Assembly (NCBI GenBank): GCA_039818205.1
Contig: JBCBUK010000006.1
Span: 32,001 to 96,000, forward strand
Source of the DNA: Verrucomicrobiota bacterium
Lineage (GTDB): Bacteria > Verrucomicrobiota > Verrucomicrobiia > Opitutales > Cerasicoccaceae
Direction of reading: 5' to 3'
DNA length: 64,000 nucleotides
Both the position numbers and the translations under genes were made by a program. This document shows, piece after piece, positions 9,194-18,785 of this stretch; positions within the stretch are counted from its first letter, which is position 1, and the number at the start of each line of letters is the position of its first letter. The notes beneath the pieces were generated by a model. That model had not been told where the DNA came from. It ran no database searches and was given only the letters and a program-made list of their open reading frames with translations.

Positions 9194-12126
9194 TGAAATT
9201 CAAGGATGTAGAATTTTCGCCCAAATTGGCTGGCCGGATTTTCATAGTCGGTCGAGCTCGGAAAATCAATACCGACGGGTTCGGGGAATCGCTGCACGAG
9301 CGCTTCACACCAGGCTTGGGCTTTGGATTCATGAGTAATGGGGTCTTTGGCTTCACCGAATGCGCGGATAACGAAAGTGTCCGAACGCACTTGCAAATAT
9401 GGTGCCAAAACGTTGAGCAGGTCGGCTTGGGTGACGAAGCTGGGCGAATAGCGTGGAAACTTATTTGCGGCGTTGGCTTCGTCTTCGTAGGCCGCAAGAC
9501 TTGCCGTGTTAATGCGCGTTTGGTCGATTGCGTCTTGCAGTAACCCGGAGTTCACGAGCTCTTTGATCGATGAAAAGGGTTGTCCGTGGACCCGCAGTTG
9601 GTCGACGATTGCGCTGGCGAGCTCCGTAACATCATCGATTTGATCTGGATTGTTGCCATCCCGTAGTTCCCGCATTCCGACTGAGTAAGCGGCCGACCAT
9701 TCGGGTTCCGCCTGGGTGGCTGTCTTTCGATAGCGCTTGTACCAGTCTCCTTTGTCGGCTTGCGTGGCCTCCGGGTAGTTTTCGATACCGTCGTCTCCTG
9801 TTGTGGCCGGATGGTGAGCCGTTCTGTTGGCGTTGTGGGGAAAGCGAAAGACTGCGTTTTTGACGTGTTGCCGGCGAAGGGCTGGCTCATCGGGGTCGAA
9901 CTGCCGGTATTGCCAATTGTAGAGGTGCACCGACGAGAGCATGGAGCGCCAGGCGTCGACAGAGGTCGAGTTTGCATTGAAGGCGCCGGTCAGGAGGAAT
10001 GCAGCAGCAGCCTGATTGGGGTTGGTGGGGTCAACCGTTGCGGTTGGGTGAGTTTCCAGATGATGGTTGGGTAGTGGGTCGCCATATTGTCTTTGGTTCA
10101 GCGTGGAAAAGAAGTAGCGGTCAAAGGCCGCGTTGTGATTCTGCCCCCAGGGGTTGCCGATGGCGAAGGGCCCTTTGCCTTCAAACTGCAGGTGCTGCAG
10201 GAAGCCGATGGAAACCGGTTCAATGGTTGGGTAGTCAAAAAAGCTCAGGTAGCTCGGGGCATAGAACACCCCATTGCCGCCGAAAAAGAAAGTGGTGCCG
10301 CGTGCGAATACTCCAAGGTCCGCCGCAGCCATCGCGGGGTCGTCATTAACGTAGACCAAGCCATTGTCCTCATTGCTGAGATCGATGATGGCTTGGCGTG
10401 GGTCGACCTCGCTACTCCATGCCTGGAGCTGGTTTAGCTGGAGCTCTTCTTCGAACTGAAAGTGATAGGCTGCCTGATATTCGCCATAGGGCACCAGGTT
10501 TTCTCGAGAGCGAAGGTTAGCCTGAGCATCAAGGCTGGTAAATTCGACATTCTGGAACTCCTGGATCAGCCGTCCGTTGCGAGTAAGCAGGCGGATCGTC
10601 AAATTTGTCCTGGGAGCATCCAAGTGGATAAAATCTCGCTGGATGCCGGGATCGTGGTCTCGGATGCGTTCCGAAAGATCCAGAGAGCTCCTGACCTGAA
10701 ATGTCTGGAGCTCGCCGGGTCCTAAGGGCCCGCGGATGTCAACCGCGACGCCTTCTTGCACTGAAAACGTCCGTCTGGACTCTGCGTAGGGGAAACGCAT
10801 GCGGTTGGGATAGAAGCTAAAGCGGCCACGCTCATACTCGCGGCGATTTGGGCTGCCTTTACCGGTTTCCCATAGGCCACTGACTCGAGGGAGGCCGAGA
10901 ACTTGGATCTCAAGATCATCTGTTCCGGTCGGCGAGAATCCCATGCTCGTTGCGTAAGGGTTCCAGAGGTCCCCGCGAACGGTGATTTCGCAGCGCAGGC
11001 GGTTGGAATTGATGTTGGTTTTGTAGACTCCCAGATACACTGCGAACTCGGTGAGAACTGGACCCGCCGAAGCAACCGCGTTCCCAGTTTGATATGGATT
11101 CGTGGTTCGCGGTCCACTTGGGCTGATGTCATGCCCGGTTACGATGATCTGATCCTCGAGGTTCGGTCGAGTGCCAAGGAATTGCCGGACACTCGCGTCG
11201 AGCGGAAAGGGGCCAGCGTTGTCCACGAGATGTGGGTTGCTCAGGTCCTTCTTTAGGCCACCGCGTTTCGTATTTACCAGCACACCCCGAGACAGGTAGG
11301 TGAGATCCGGGCGGTGGTATTGCAGCTCGCCGATTTGGGCAGCGGGGTCGACTTGGTTGAGCGTGCTGATGATTTCGAGCTGATCGCTACTGATTGTGGT
11401 ATCGATCGCATTGCCCGCGTTTTGATCCCAGACATCGATTGGCGAATGAGCATTGGCCTCTTCGATGGTTTTGATCGAATCGAACAGCTTTTCGAATCGA
11501 GGGCGGTCCGCAGTTGATTGCAATAGCCGTTGAAATTCCAAGGGGTCCAAGCGCAGCACGGTGGGATTCGCATTGAATTGATCCAGCCTTCCGTTCTTGG
11601 CAATGCTGGCCTTCACGCCTTCGTCCGACACCCAATACGCAATGACGTCGATGGGGTTCTGCTGATCGATCGGTACGGCATCCACATAGACGTGCCGGTC
11701 GGCAAGGGGGCCAAAAAAGTCGTTACCTGCGATCAACACTGAACCCTGTGCGCGGACGTTTCCTGGGCCCGATACGAGCCATTTGGGTTCGGTATCCATC
11801 TGGGTGGTGTTCCAGACACCGGTCCAGTATTGATTTTGCGGGTGGTAGCTACCATCTCCAAGAATCTCCGCCCGCGCCGTAACGCGCTGGTCCGGTCCCG
11901 CAGCTGATTGCAATTGGGCCAAGGCGCTCCGCATCGCATACATGGCATTCATGCGGGCGCGAATTTCAGCTCCCTCAGTGGAGGCATTACTTATCTCGAC
12001 GCGGGTGAACGCGGCAAGGCTCAGCAGCAGCAAAACGATGAAGGCCATCAAGCTCAGCGCAATCACCAGCGCGAAACCTCGTCGGTTTGGGAAGGTATCT
12101 GGCTGGTGGACACGCGCGTTCATCAC
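9169..12126 (-). CDS. Large PilX/GspK-like minor pilin (Verru_Chthon cassette protein A-like)
   Basis: Class III signal RRG|FALVIALSLMAFIVLLLLSL without Glu+5; QLQ..AGPDQRVTARA; YWVSDEGVKA; C-terminal QADLL..LAP....RSDTF.IRA.GE...AWCEA.VQR.P...FGRKF.I..F.WL. Confidence 0.8.
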   Translation of the reverse strand: MMNARVHQPDTFPNRRGFALVIALSLMAFIVLLLLSLAAFTRVEISNASTEGAEIRARMNAMYAMRSALAQLQSAAGPDQRVTARAEILGDGSYHPQNQYWTGVWNTTQMDTEPKWLVSGPGNVRAQGSVLIAGNDFFGPLADRHVYVDAVPIDQQNPIDVIAYWVSDEGVKASIAKNGRLDQFNANPTVLRLDPLEFQRLLQSTADRPRFEKLFDSIKTIEEANAHSPIDVWDQNAGNAIDTTISSDQLEIISTLNQVDPAAQIGELQYHRPDLTYLSRGVLVNTKRGGLKKDLSNPHLVDNAGPFPLDASVRQFLGTRPNLEDQIIVTGHDISPSGPRTTNPYQTGNAVASAGPVLTEFAVYLGVYKTNINSNRLRCEITVRGDLWNPYATSMGFSPTGTDDLEIQVLGLPRVSGLWETGKGSPNRREYERGRFSFYPNRMRFPYAESRRTFSVQEGVAVDIRGPLGPGELQTFQVRSSLDLSERIRDHDPGIQRDFIHLDAPRTNLTIRLLTRNGRLIQEFQNVEFTSLDAQANLRSRENLVPYGEYQAAYHFQFEEELQLNQLQAWSSEVDPRQAIIDLSNEDNGLVYVNDDPAMAAADLGVFARGTTFFFGGNGVFYAPSYLSFFDYPTIEPVSIGFLQHLQFEGKGPFAIGNPWGQNHNAAFDRYFFSTLNQRQYGDPLPNHHLETHPTATVDPTNPNQAAAAFLLTGAFNANSTSVDAWRSMLSSVHLYNWQYRQFDPDEPALRRQHVKNAVFRFPHNANRTAHHPATTGDDGIENYPEATQADKGDWYKRYRKTATQAEPEWSAAYSVGMRELRDGNNPDQIDDVTELASAIVDQLRVHGQPFSSIKELVNSGLLQDAIDQTRINTASLAAYEDEANAANKFPRYSPSFVTQADLLNVLAPYLQVRSDTFVIRAFGEAKDPITHESKAQAWCEALVQRFPEPVGIDFPSSTDYENPASQFGRKFYILEFQWLSEKDI

Positions 12127-12160
12127 AGTAGTTCAGTAGTATCAGAACTGATGGTGTATC

Positions 12161-12199
12161 AATTCTGCCAGAAGTTCTGTCGAAACTTTTGGCAGAATT
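12161..12199. repeat. 16-bp-arm inverted repeat (1 mismatch, 7-nt spacer) upstream of the PilX-like gene
   Basis: AATTCTGCCAGAAGTT / AACTTTTGGCAGAATT. Confidence 0.8.
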
Positions 12200-12285
12200 C
12201 AGCACTAAAATGCACGTCAACGGTTACAAAATAATAACTGTTGAGCCGTCTGGAGCAGGATTCGACCGATTCGGTCTGGGGCTAC

Positions 12286-12316
12286 AGCAGGTAGGGTGAT
12301 CGGGCCGCTACCTGCT
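12286..12316. repeat. GC-rich hairpin (possible terminator or REP-like element) downstream of the DUF1254 gene
   Basis: AGCAGGTAG...CTACCTGCT form perfect 9-bp arms; no U-tract. Confidence 0.55.
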
Positions 12317-12331
12317 TGGGTATTGAAATTC

Positions 12332-13837
12332 CTACCGAACGAGCTCGGGCTCGCCAGGGCGCCAGGTTTTCTCAAACCACGGCTCAAGTGGACCGTAGAG
12401 GCGGAAGATCATGTTCCAGCCACGTCCGGGAATGGTTTGAACCCAGTTGTTCTCCTGTCCCTTTGGTGCTTCAGGACCAAAATAGACGTCGTAGGAGCCA
12501 TCGTCGTTTTGAATAACGCCGGCCTGCTTGTCATCGATCCCGGGAAACTGTTGATCGGTTTGTAGCATTGAGCGGGTTTGGTTATCGTAAAGGGTGAAGG
12601 ACCAAAAATCCTTGGCGGGGACCTCGGGCGGAACGCGCACCTTATAGGTCTTGCTTCCATCCAGTGGATTGCCTTCGGCGTCGAGGAAGGTGTAGGCGTA
12701 CTTCGACCCCTTGCCGATAATCTTCTTGGCCATCGCGGGGGTGATGCCTGTGGCATAAAAGTGAAAGCCAGCCCGTGCATTCAAGAGCTTAGCGCCATCG
12801 TGCATCCATTCGTAGTCACCACCTGGGAATGGGTTCATCCAAACGCTTTCGCCTGGATAAAAATAGAACATCTCACTCCTCGGCTTGGACATGATGGTCT
12901 TAACGCAGACGGAACCGGCAGCAGCGGCTTTCTCGAGAATTTTCTGCATGCGGGCATCGGGCTCAAAGGGTTGACCTTTCTTTATGCCGATTGACGCAAG
13001 GATGCCGAGGATTTCAGGGCTCTCACCAAAGCTCGGTTCGGTTTGGACGACCTCGTTGATCTCGGCGAAGATCTCGGCGTCCATCCGGTGGATTGTGTTG
13101 AGCTCTTTCCCGGAGACGTTGACGAAGGTCATCTTGGGCGGGTTGTTTTTTTGCGAGAGCGGGTAGATGCGAAACTTTTGTTGGGTGGCATCAACGGCCT
13201 GCTTCGTGGATCCGTCGACTTGGAATCCGCGCCAGATGATCCAGTTGCCATAGGTGTTGGTGCGGGCTACGTGATAGCCTTCGGGGACCTCTCCTTCGTA
13301 ACCGGGAGGCAAGATCAGGAATTTACCACCTTTGCCTTGATCCGGTCCGAGGCGGCCAAAGTCGGCTACGTATTTGAACCAGTGGTCGTCAATAATACCG
13401 AGGACATCCGGTGGGGTCTCAATAACCATGGGTTCGTCATCCAGTTGGAGCCAAGCCATCTGGTAGACACTCGTGGTGTTGGCGGTCAGGAAGAGCGCCT
13501 TGGAATCCATCAACTCAGCAAACTGGACGACCGTGGTGTTTGCGGGGCCGAACTCCAGTAGGCCCTTGCGCATGGCATCCATCGACGCGATTTGAATGCC
13601 GCTCATGTAGGCCTGAAAGGCGTGTTGAAAATCCAAGAAACTGTAGACCTTCTCGACGGTTGCCTCATCGGGCACGCCATCAAAGAACGTTAGATCCCCA
13701 AGCCGGGTGTCGATGTTGTCGGGAGTGGTGATGCCAGGAGGAATCTCGGTGGTCATCTTCATCTTGGCAGGTTCGGCGGCCAGAACGTTTGCCAACCCAA
13801 GGGCCAACACTGCTAGGGAGAGACGTAGAGCAATCAT
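12332..13837 (-). CDS. DUF1254/DUF1214 domain exported protein
   Basis: Signal peptide, LTANTTSVY, GPDQGKGGKFLILPPGY, LDGSKTY, FWSFTLYD, RLYGP. The ORF extends to 13882; ATG 13837 preferred. Confidence 0.88.
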   Translation of the reverse strand: MIALRLSLAVLALGLANVLAAEPAKMKMTTEIPPGITTPDNIDTRLGDLTFFDGVPDEATVEKVYSFLDFQHAFQAYMSGIQIASMDAMRKGLLEFGPANTTVVQFAELMDSKALFLTANTTSVYQMAWLQLDDEPMVIETPPDVLGIIDDHWFKYVADFGRLGPDQGKGGKFLILPPGYEGEVPEGYHVARTNTYGNWIIWRGFQVDGSTKQAVDATQQKFRIYPLSQKNNPPKMTFVNVSGKELNTIHRMDAEIFAEINEVVQTEPSFGESPEILGILASIGIKKGQPFEPDARMQKILEKAAAAGSVCVKTIMSKPRSEMFYFYPGESVWMNPFPGGDYEWMHDGAKLLNARAGFHFYATGITPAMAKKIIGKGSKYAYTFLDAEGNPLDGSKTYKVRVPPEVPAKDFWSFTLYDNQTRSMLQTDQQFPGIDDKQAGVIQNDDGSYDVYFGPEAPKGQENNWVQTIPGRGWNMIFRLYGPLEPWFEKTWRPGEPELVR

Positions 13838-13929
13838 ATGAAATTTTAGTAGAGGTACGGAATTTTTGTTTAGATTGAACAAATGATAGCTCTACCCGCT
13901 CTTTGCGAGATTGCAATCCTGGTCCTTCT

Positions 13930-16497
13930 TTAAGCTTTTCCCGGAAGCGTTGTTTGCACGAGCTGATTGGCTGCGTCGAAGTGTTTGCGGGCGAAGGCAT
14001 GAAGCTGATCCAGCGTCAGGGCACGAACCCGGTCAGGATAGTCCCGCCAGTTATTTGGGTCTTTGCCATAGAGGGCACTTAAGCAAGCCTGCATAGCGCG
14101 CGAGCCTGGTGCCTGCTGGCTTTGCTGACGACGGACCACAAGCCGCGTGCGGCAGGCGTTGAACTCGCTGGTGGTGAGTCCACCGGCCTTTGCGCGTTCG
14201 ACTTCCTTGAAAATCTCCGCCAACACGTCTTGGGCTTGGGCAGCACTGGTGCCCGCGTAGAAGTTGAACATGCCGCAGTCAAGCCCGGTCAATCGTTGAG
14301 AGCCAACGTAGTAGGCCATGCCGCGCTCTTCCCGTACCTGTTGAAACAGCTGGCTGGACATGCCACTAAATATCTCGTCCAGCGCCTCGCCGACCAGGTG
14401 ATCCTCTGACTGGCGGATGCCCACATCGGGGTAGGCCACGAGAACCACTGCCTGCTCGCGATCGCGGTGGAGCTCGAGTGTCTGGCTGCCAACCGGTTTT
14501 GGCTGGGTCATCGTGACCGGATCAAATTCTGCGCGAAGGCCATCGATGATTGGCCCAAGTGTATCGACAACTTGACTGCGGTCGAACTGACCTGAGACCG
14601 CGATTGCGGTATTTGGGCCAGCGATCAAGCGGGCTCCAAGGGCGCGGGCATCCTCAACGGTCATGGCCTGAAGGTCTTCCTCGCGGCCCAGGTAGTCGAT
14701 GCCGTAGGGGTGCTCGCCAAAGAAATTGGACCGGAGACGGCGACGGCTCCATTCCAAGACCTCGTCTTCGTCTTCCTGCAGGGAGGCGAATTGGGCATCG
14801 CGCTCAATCGTGAAGGCTTCATCCAGGTACTTTGAGTGGTGCAAGGCTTGGCCAAGGAGATCAGCAGCGAGGCTAAAGTCACCGCTCAGGGTTTCGAGCG
14901 AAAGACCAAAGGTATTGTTGCCTACAAATTCGCCGAACGAGCCGCCAACGGATTCAATGTCGTTCGCGATCTCGGAATAACTGCGTTTCTGCGTGTCGCG
15001 GGTGAGGATGGAGGCAAGCACGCCGCTGACACCTCGCTGGTTGCTGGCTTCCCACGCGGGGCCGCCCAGGGCCACGTAGCGTATGTGCGTCTTGGGCAGG
15101 TTGCCACCTGGTTGCAGGAGCAGGCGTGCGCCATTGGCAAACTGGACCTCTTCGAAGTCGGTCAGGCCACTGGAATGGTTCGCGGTGGAAATGTTAACGG
15201 CCTTGACGGCTGGCTCGATCGAAACCGCCGTCTCGCATTGAGGAACGAGGTATCGTTGGGCCACCGTTTGGATTGCTTCGGCTGAGAGGTTTCCAAGCTG
15301 GGCCAAGTGTTGGCGTGGAAAGCCAAGATCGCCAGCTACCACTTCAGCTGCCCCAAGGCGAGAAGCCTGGCCGGAAATGGTTTTGCGTGTGTTCACTTCA
15401 GCAACGACGGATTGGCGGACGGCCTTTGCGACTTCTTCCGCCAGGGGGAGCCTGTTTTGAACGCGGGTGAGCTCATCGTGAATTGCCTTTTCCACGATCT
15501 CCCGCTTGCCGGGATCGCATAGGTAGGTGATCCACAGGAGGCCGTGAGAACCGGGGTTCCAGCAGCCCGCATCGATCTGGTGAACCAGGCGTTGCTCTTC
15601 GCGGATACGTTGCCAAAGCCACGAACTCGATCCGCTGCCGAGTAGCCGAGCCAGAACATCCATGGCAGGCGCATCGGTGTGGCCGAGGCCCGGGACCTTG
15701 TAGCCAATCATACCACGTACGACATTGTAGTCACCGGTTTCCCGGTCAGATCGCGGTGCTAGCTGAGTGGGCTCTTCTGGATACCAAGCTGGGCTGAGTT
15801 GCCTCATCGGCTCCGCCGAAAAATACTTTTCTGCGAGCTGCTGGCAGGCTTCCGAATCGATCGCGCCGGCGACGACTAAGACGACGTTGTTGGGTGCATA
15901 GCGCCCGGCATAGTAGGAGCGCAGCTCGTCCTCGGTAACGCCTTCAAAAAGCGTCCGATGGCCAATTACCGGATGGCGATACGGATGTTCGCGAAAGGCG
16001 GTTTGGGCAAACGTGTGAAATTGTTTGCGATCGGGGTCATCGAGGCCCATGTCGATTTCGCGCAGAATAACGTCGCGCTCACGCGTGATTTCGGCCGACG
16101 GCAAGGTGGAGTGAAACACCATATCCGAGAGTAGGTCGAAGCAGGTCTCGGCCGCATTGGCTGGCGCATCGATGTAGTAGACCGTGCGATCGAAGGTGGT
16201 GTAGGCATTGATGTAGCCACCGCTGGCATGGATTTCCCGTGTGATGTCCAGTGAACCCCGTTTGTCCGTGCCCTTGAAGAGCAGGTGCTCGAGGTAATGG
16301 GAGAGGCCAGCACCAATTTTGTCACTTTCGTGAATGCTCCCCGTTTTTACCCAGGTTTGGACCGAGACCAACTCTGCGGAGTGATCCTCTTTGTGAATCA
16401 CCGTTAGGCCATTTTCGAGAATGGTCCGATTGACGGTTTCGCTCTCGATGGCGCGCAATAAGGGGTCAGAACTTGGCTCCTGGTGGTATTGGGACAT
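13930..16497 (-). CDS. M16 (insulinase/pitrilysin) zinc peptidase, fused two-module form
   Basis: GLSHYLEHLLFKGT (HxxEH), NAYTTFDRTVY; the second module lacks HxxEH and has REERGMAY. Confidence 0.93.
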   Translation of the reverse strand: MSQYHQEPSSDPLLRAIESETVNRTILENGLTVIHKEDHSAELVSVQTWVKTGSIHESDKIGAGLSHYLEHLLFKGTDKRGSLDITREIHASGGYINAYTTFDRTVYYIDAPANAAETCFDLLSDMVFHSTLPSAEITRERDVILREIDMGLDDPDRKQFHTFAQTAFREHPYRHPVIGHRTLFEGVTEDELRSYYAGRYAPNNVVLVVAGAIDSEACQQLAEKYFSAEPMRQLSPAWYPEEPTQLAPRSDRETGDYNVVRGMIGYKVPGLGHTDAPAMDVLARLLGSGSSSWLWQRIREEQRLVHQIDAGCWNPGSHGLLWITYLCDPGKREIVEKAIHDELTRVQNRLPLAEEVAKAVRQSVVAEVNTRKTISGQASRLGAAEVVAGDLGFPRQHLAQLGNLSAEAIQTVAQRYLVPQCETAVSIEPAVKAVNISTANHSSGLTDFEEVQFANGARLLLQPGGNLPKTHIRYVALGGPAWEASNQRGVSGVLASILTRDTQKRSYSEIANDIESVGGSFGEFVGNNTFGLSLETLSGDFSLAADLLGQALHHSKYLDEAFTIERDAQFASLQEDEDEVLEWSRRRLRSNFFGEHPYGIDYLGREEDLQAMTVEDARALGARLIAGPNTAIAVSGQFDRSQVVDTLGPIIDGLRAEFDPVTMTQPKPVGSQTLELHRDREQAVVLVAYPDVGIRQSEDHLVGEALDEIFSGMSSQLFQQVREERGMAYYVGSQRLTGLDCGMFNFYAGTSAAQAQDVLAEIFKEVERAKAGGLTTSEFNACRTRLVVRRQQSQQAPGSRAMQACLSALYGKDPNNWRDYPDRVRALTLDQLHAFARKHFDAANQLVQTTLPGKA

Positions 16498-16660
16498 GGC
16501 CGCAGCAAACGCGGACTCCGCTCAAGTTTAAAGGCTAAAGTGCCCGGTTAGAATGATCAGTGATTCAATAAAATATACATGACGGCATCCGAAGTGGGTA
16601 TTCGGCAATGGGACCAACCATAATTTACTTGTAGATCTAAGAATCTGTTCCGGAAAAAAG

Positions 16661-16698
16661 TTTCTGTTTTACAATAATTAATTTCTGTGAAACAGTAA
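16661..16698 (+). promoter_or_regulatory. Tandem 17-bp semi-palindromic operator pair upstream of the DUF2975-XRE operon
   Basis: TTTCTGTTTTACAATAA (16661-16677) and TTTCTGTGAAACAGTAA (16682-16698), 21-bp period. Confidence 0.6.
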
Positions 16699-16702
16699 AA
16701 AT

Positions 16703-17263
16703 ATGGTCGCAGATGACGCAATGAATACGGGTTTTGTAACGCCTAGAATCCGAACTCTGGCGAAGGTTTCGGCGGTCTTTACGACGATCGTGATGTGCCT
16801 GATCCCGATTCTGTATGGTGTCAGCTGGTTGATTCCGGGCTGGGAAAAAACCTTTCCGCAGGAACATTACCGGCAAAGTGGCCCGCCCTCCATCTGGTTG
16901 TTGACGGGCGTTTTCATACTTCGTGGGATACTGGCGCTTGTCCTCGTGTTGGTGCTTTATTGGCTGCGCCGAATGCTGCTGCGCGTTTCCGGGGGCCAGC
17001 TGTTTGGCCGCGAGCAAGTCGTTGCATTGCGGTGGGCGGGAATACTTCTCGTGGTACGGGAGCTTCTGCGCCCGGTGATCAATACGCTGGTTGTCTTGTT
17101 GGCCAGCTCAGGCAACCCGCCTGGTCACCGAGTACTGGAAATTACGGTTGGCTTGACCTCGGAGACGCTGCTTAGCCTGGTTGCGGGCGTTGTCATCATC
17201 CTGCTGTCCTATCTGCTCGCGGAAGCGCGCCGCATATCCGACGAGAACGCGGCGATCGTCTAG
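16703..17263 (+). CDS. DUF2975-family membrane protein
   Basis: Four TM segments; G.LF....V..LRW.G; C-terminal EARRISDENAAIV; typical adjacency to a YozG-type XRE gene. Confidence 0.85.
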   Translation: MVADDAMNTGFVTPRIRTLAKVSAVFTTIVMCLIPILYGVSWLIPGWEKTFPQEHYRQSGPPSIWLLTGVFILRGILALVLVLVLYWLRRMLLRVSGGQLFGREQVVALRWAGILLVVRELLRPVINTLVVLLASSGNPPGHRVLEITVGLTSETLLSLVAGVVIILLSYLLAEARRISDENAAIV

Positions 17264-17296
17264 CCGAACCCACGATCTACAAAAGAACCTTAACCT

Positions 17297-17533
17297 ATGC
17301 CCATCATCGTTCGACTGGACGTCATGTTAGCCAAAAGAGGCGTGAAAGCGAAAGACCTGGCGTCGCACATTGGAATTACCGAAGCCAATTGTTCGTTGCT
17401 GCGCACGGGAAAAGTCAAAGGAGTGCGCTTTGGCACGCTGGAAAAAATTTGTGATTATCTCGAATGTCAACCGGGAGAAATCCTAGAATACCAATCCGAT
17501 GAAAACACCACCATCCATCCAAAACCTGATTAA
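17297..17533 (+). CDS. XRE/Cro-C1 HTH transcriptional regulator (YozG-like)
   Basis: MPIIVRLDVMLAKR...GITEAN.SLL.TGKVKGVRFGTLEKIC..L.CQPGEILEY. Confidence 0.93.
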   Translation: MPIIVRLDVMLAKRGVKAKDLASHIGITEANCSLLRTGKVKGVRFGTLEKICDYLECQPGEILEYQSDENTTIHPKPD

Positions 17534-17972
17534 TCATTCAATAACTCGTGGCTGCACTCTCGTGGCCACTGGCGCGCTGTTTGCCGCGTGCTCGTCGACA
17601 CCGACTCCGAGCGGATCCGTGCCCGTCGTTGCTCTCAACGAAGGCGCGCTTGGCGAAGAGCAATGGCTGACTGAAGACGGTGAACTCCGTGAAATCATTG
17701 TCCAAGTCGATGCGGGCGACCAGCTACCGATCGATATCGCGATCGAAGGCGACGTTGTAAACGCGCAGCTTGACGAACCACTGGTTTTGACTGCGACACA
17801 GCCATTCAATTTGTACATCGTGCCACAGGATGGCATCTATCTCAGCTGGGATGGCGAAACGTATCAACCCTTCATGGAAACGTTGACTGGCTCATTCTCG
17901 CTGAGCGCCAAAGCCGAGGCCAACAAGCCCGCCTCGGGCTCGGCCAAAGCCGTAGTCATGCGCGCCGAGTAG
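17499..17972 (+). CDS. Putative lipoprotein, unknown function
   Basis: Lipobox-like LFAAC followed by a Ser/Thr/Pro linker; overlaps the XRE gene end. Confidence 0.65.
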   Translation: MKTPPSIQNLINHSITRGCTLVATGALFAACSSTPTPSGSVPVVALNEGALGEEQWLTEDGELREIIVQVDAGDQLPIDIAIEGDVVNAQLDEPLVLTATQPFNLYIVPQDGIYLSWDGETYQPFMETLTGSFSLSAKAEANKPASGSAKAVVMRAE

Positions 17973-18028
17973 GGGCTGATGTTATTCATTGCGGTTTGTT
18001 GGCATCGGTTTAGAATTAATTTCTGACA

Positions 18029-18760
18029 ATGCTCTTATCGGTTGTCATTCCCGCCTTCAACGAAGCAAAGATCCTGGCTGATACTCTTGGAAGGATTAAA
18101 TGTGCCCTAGAGGATAACCGCGACCAGGGCTTCGAGTGGGAGATCATTGTTTGCGACAATCACTCGACCGATGAAACCTCAGCTGTTTCGCGAGAGAATG
18201 GGGCGCTTGTTGTTTGTGAACCCGTAAATCAGATTTCGCGGGCGAGGAATACCGGCGCTGGCATTGCTCGTGGTCAGTGGTTACTTTTTATTGATGCGGA
18301 TACCTATCCAACCACCGCCTTGATTCGTGAGACCATCGATACAATTCGTGCGGGGAACATAATCGGTTGTAGTGCTACGGTAAAAGTAAAAGGAGGGCCG
18401 TTCCTTTTTCGCTTTCGAGTTGAGAGTCATAATCTCGAGATGCGATTGATGAAGAATGGGGTTGGTGCCTTTTTACTTTGTGATGCAAATGCTTTCCGAG
18501 CGATCGAAGGGTTTAGCCATGATCTCTCTGCGCTCGAAGAGATTGATTTTATCAAGCGCCTGAAGGCCTATGGGCACGCAAACGGTAAGTCGTTCACCGT
18601 GCTACACCGCCATCCGGTTGTTACGTCGGGTCGTAAAGGCAACCTATATTCAAATTTCGATATTTCTAAATCGATATGTCTGGCCCTTTGGAGCTTGGTT
18701 TGTCAGCGGAAAATCCGTTCGCCTAAGTCGCTACCCTATTGGTACGATGGGAGACGCTAA
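18029..18760 (+). CDS. Glycosyltransferase family 2
   Basis: SVVIPAFNE, IIVCDNHSTD, RARNTGA, FIDAD. Confidence 0.92.
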   Translation: MLLSVVIPAFNEAKILADTLGRIKCALEDNRDQGFEWEIIVCDNHSTDETSAVSRENGALVVCEPVNQISRARNTGAGIARGQWLLFIDADTYPTTALIRETIDTIRAGNIIGCSATVKVKGGPFLFRFRVESHNLEMRLMKNGVGAFLLCDANAFRAIEGFSHDLSALEEIDFIKRLKAYGHANGKSFTVLHRHPVVTSGRKGNLYSNFDISKSICLALWSLVCQRKIRSPKSLPYWYDGRR

Positions 18761-18785
18761 CGTCGAGCCCGAGGCCAACAGACGA

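Noticed and set aside
17914..18780. 12-bp direct repeat CCGAGGCCAACA (17914-17925, 18769-18780) around the AT-richer GT2 gene, as an insertion scar or integron cassette
   Set aside because: The first copy lies inside the lipoprotein CDS, there is no proper RYYYAAC/GTTRRRY attC pair and no recombinase; compatible with chance.
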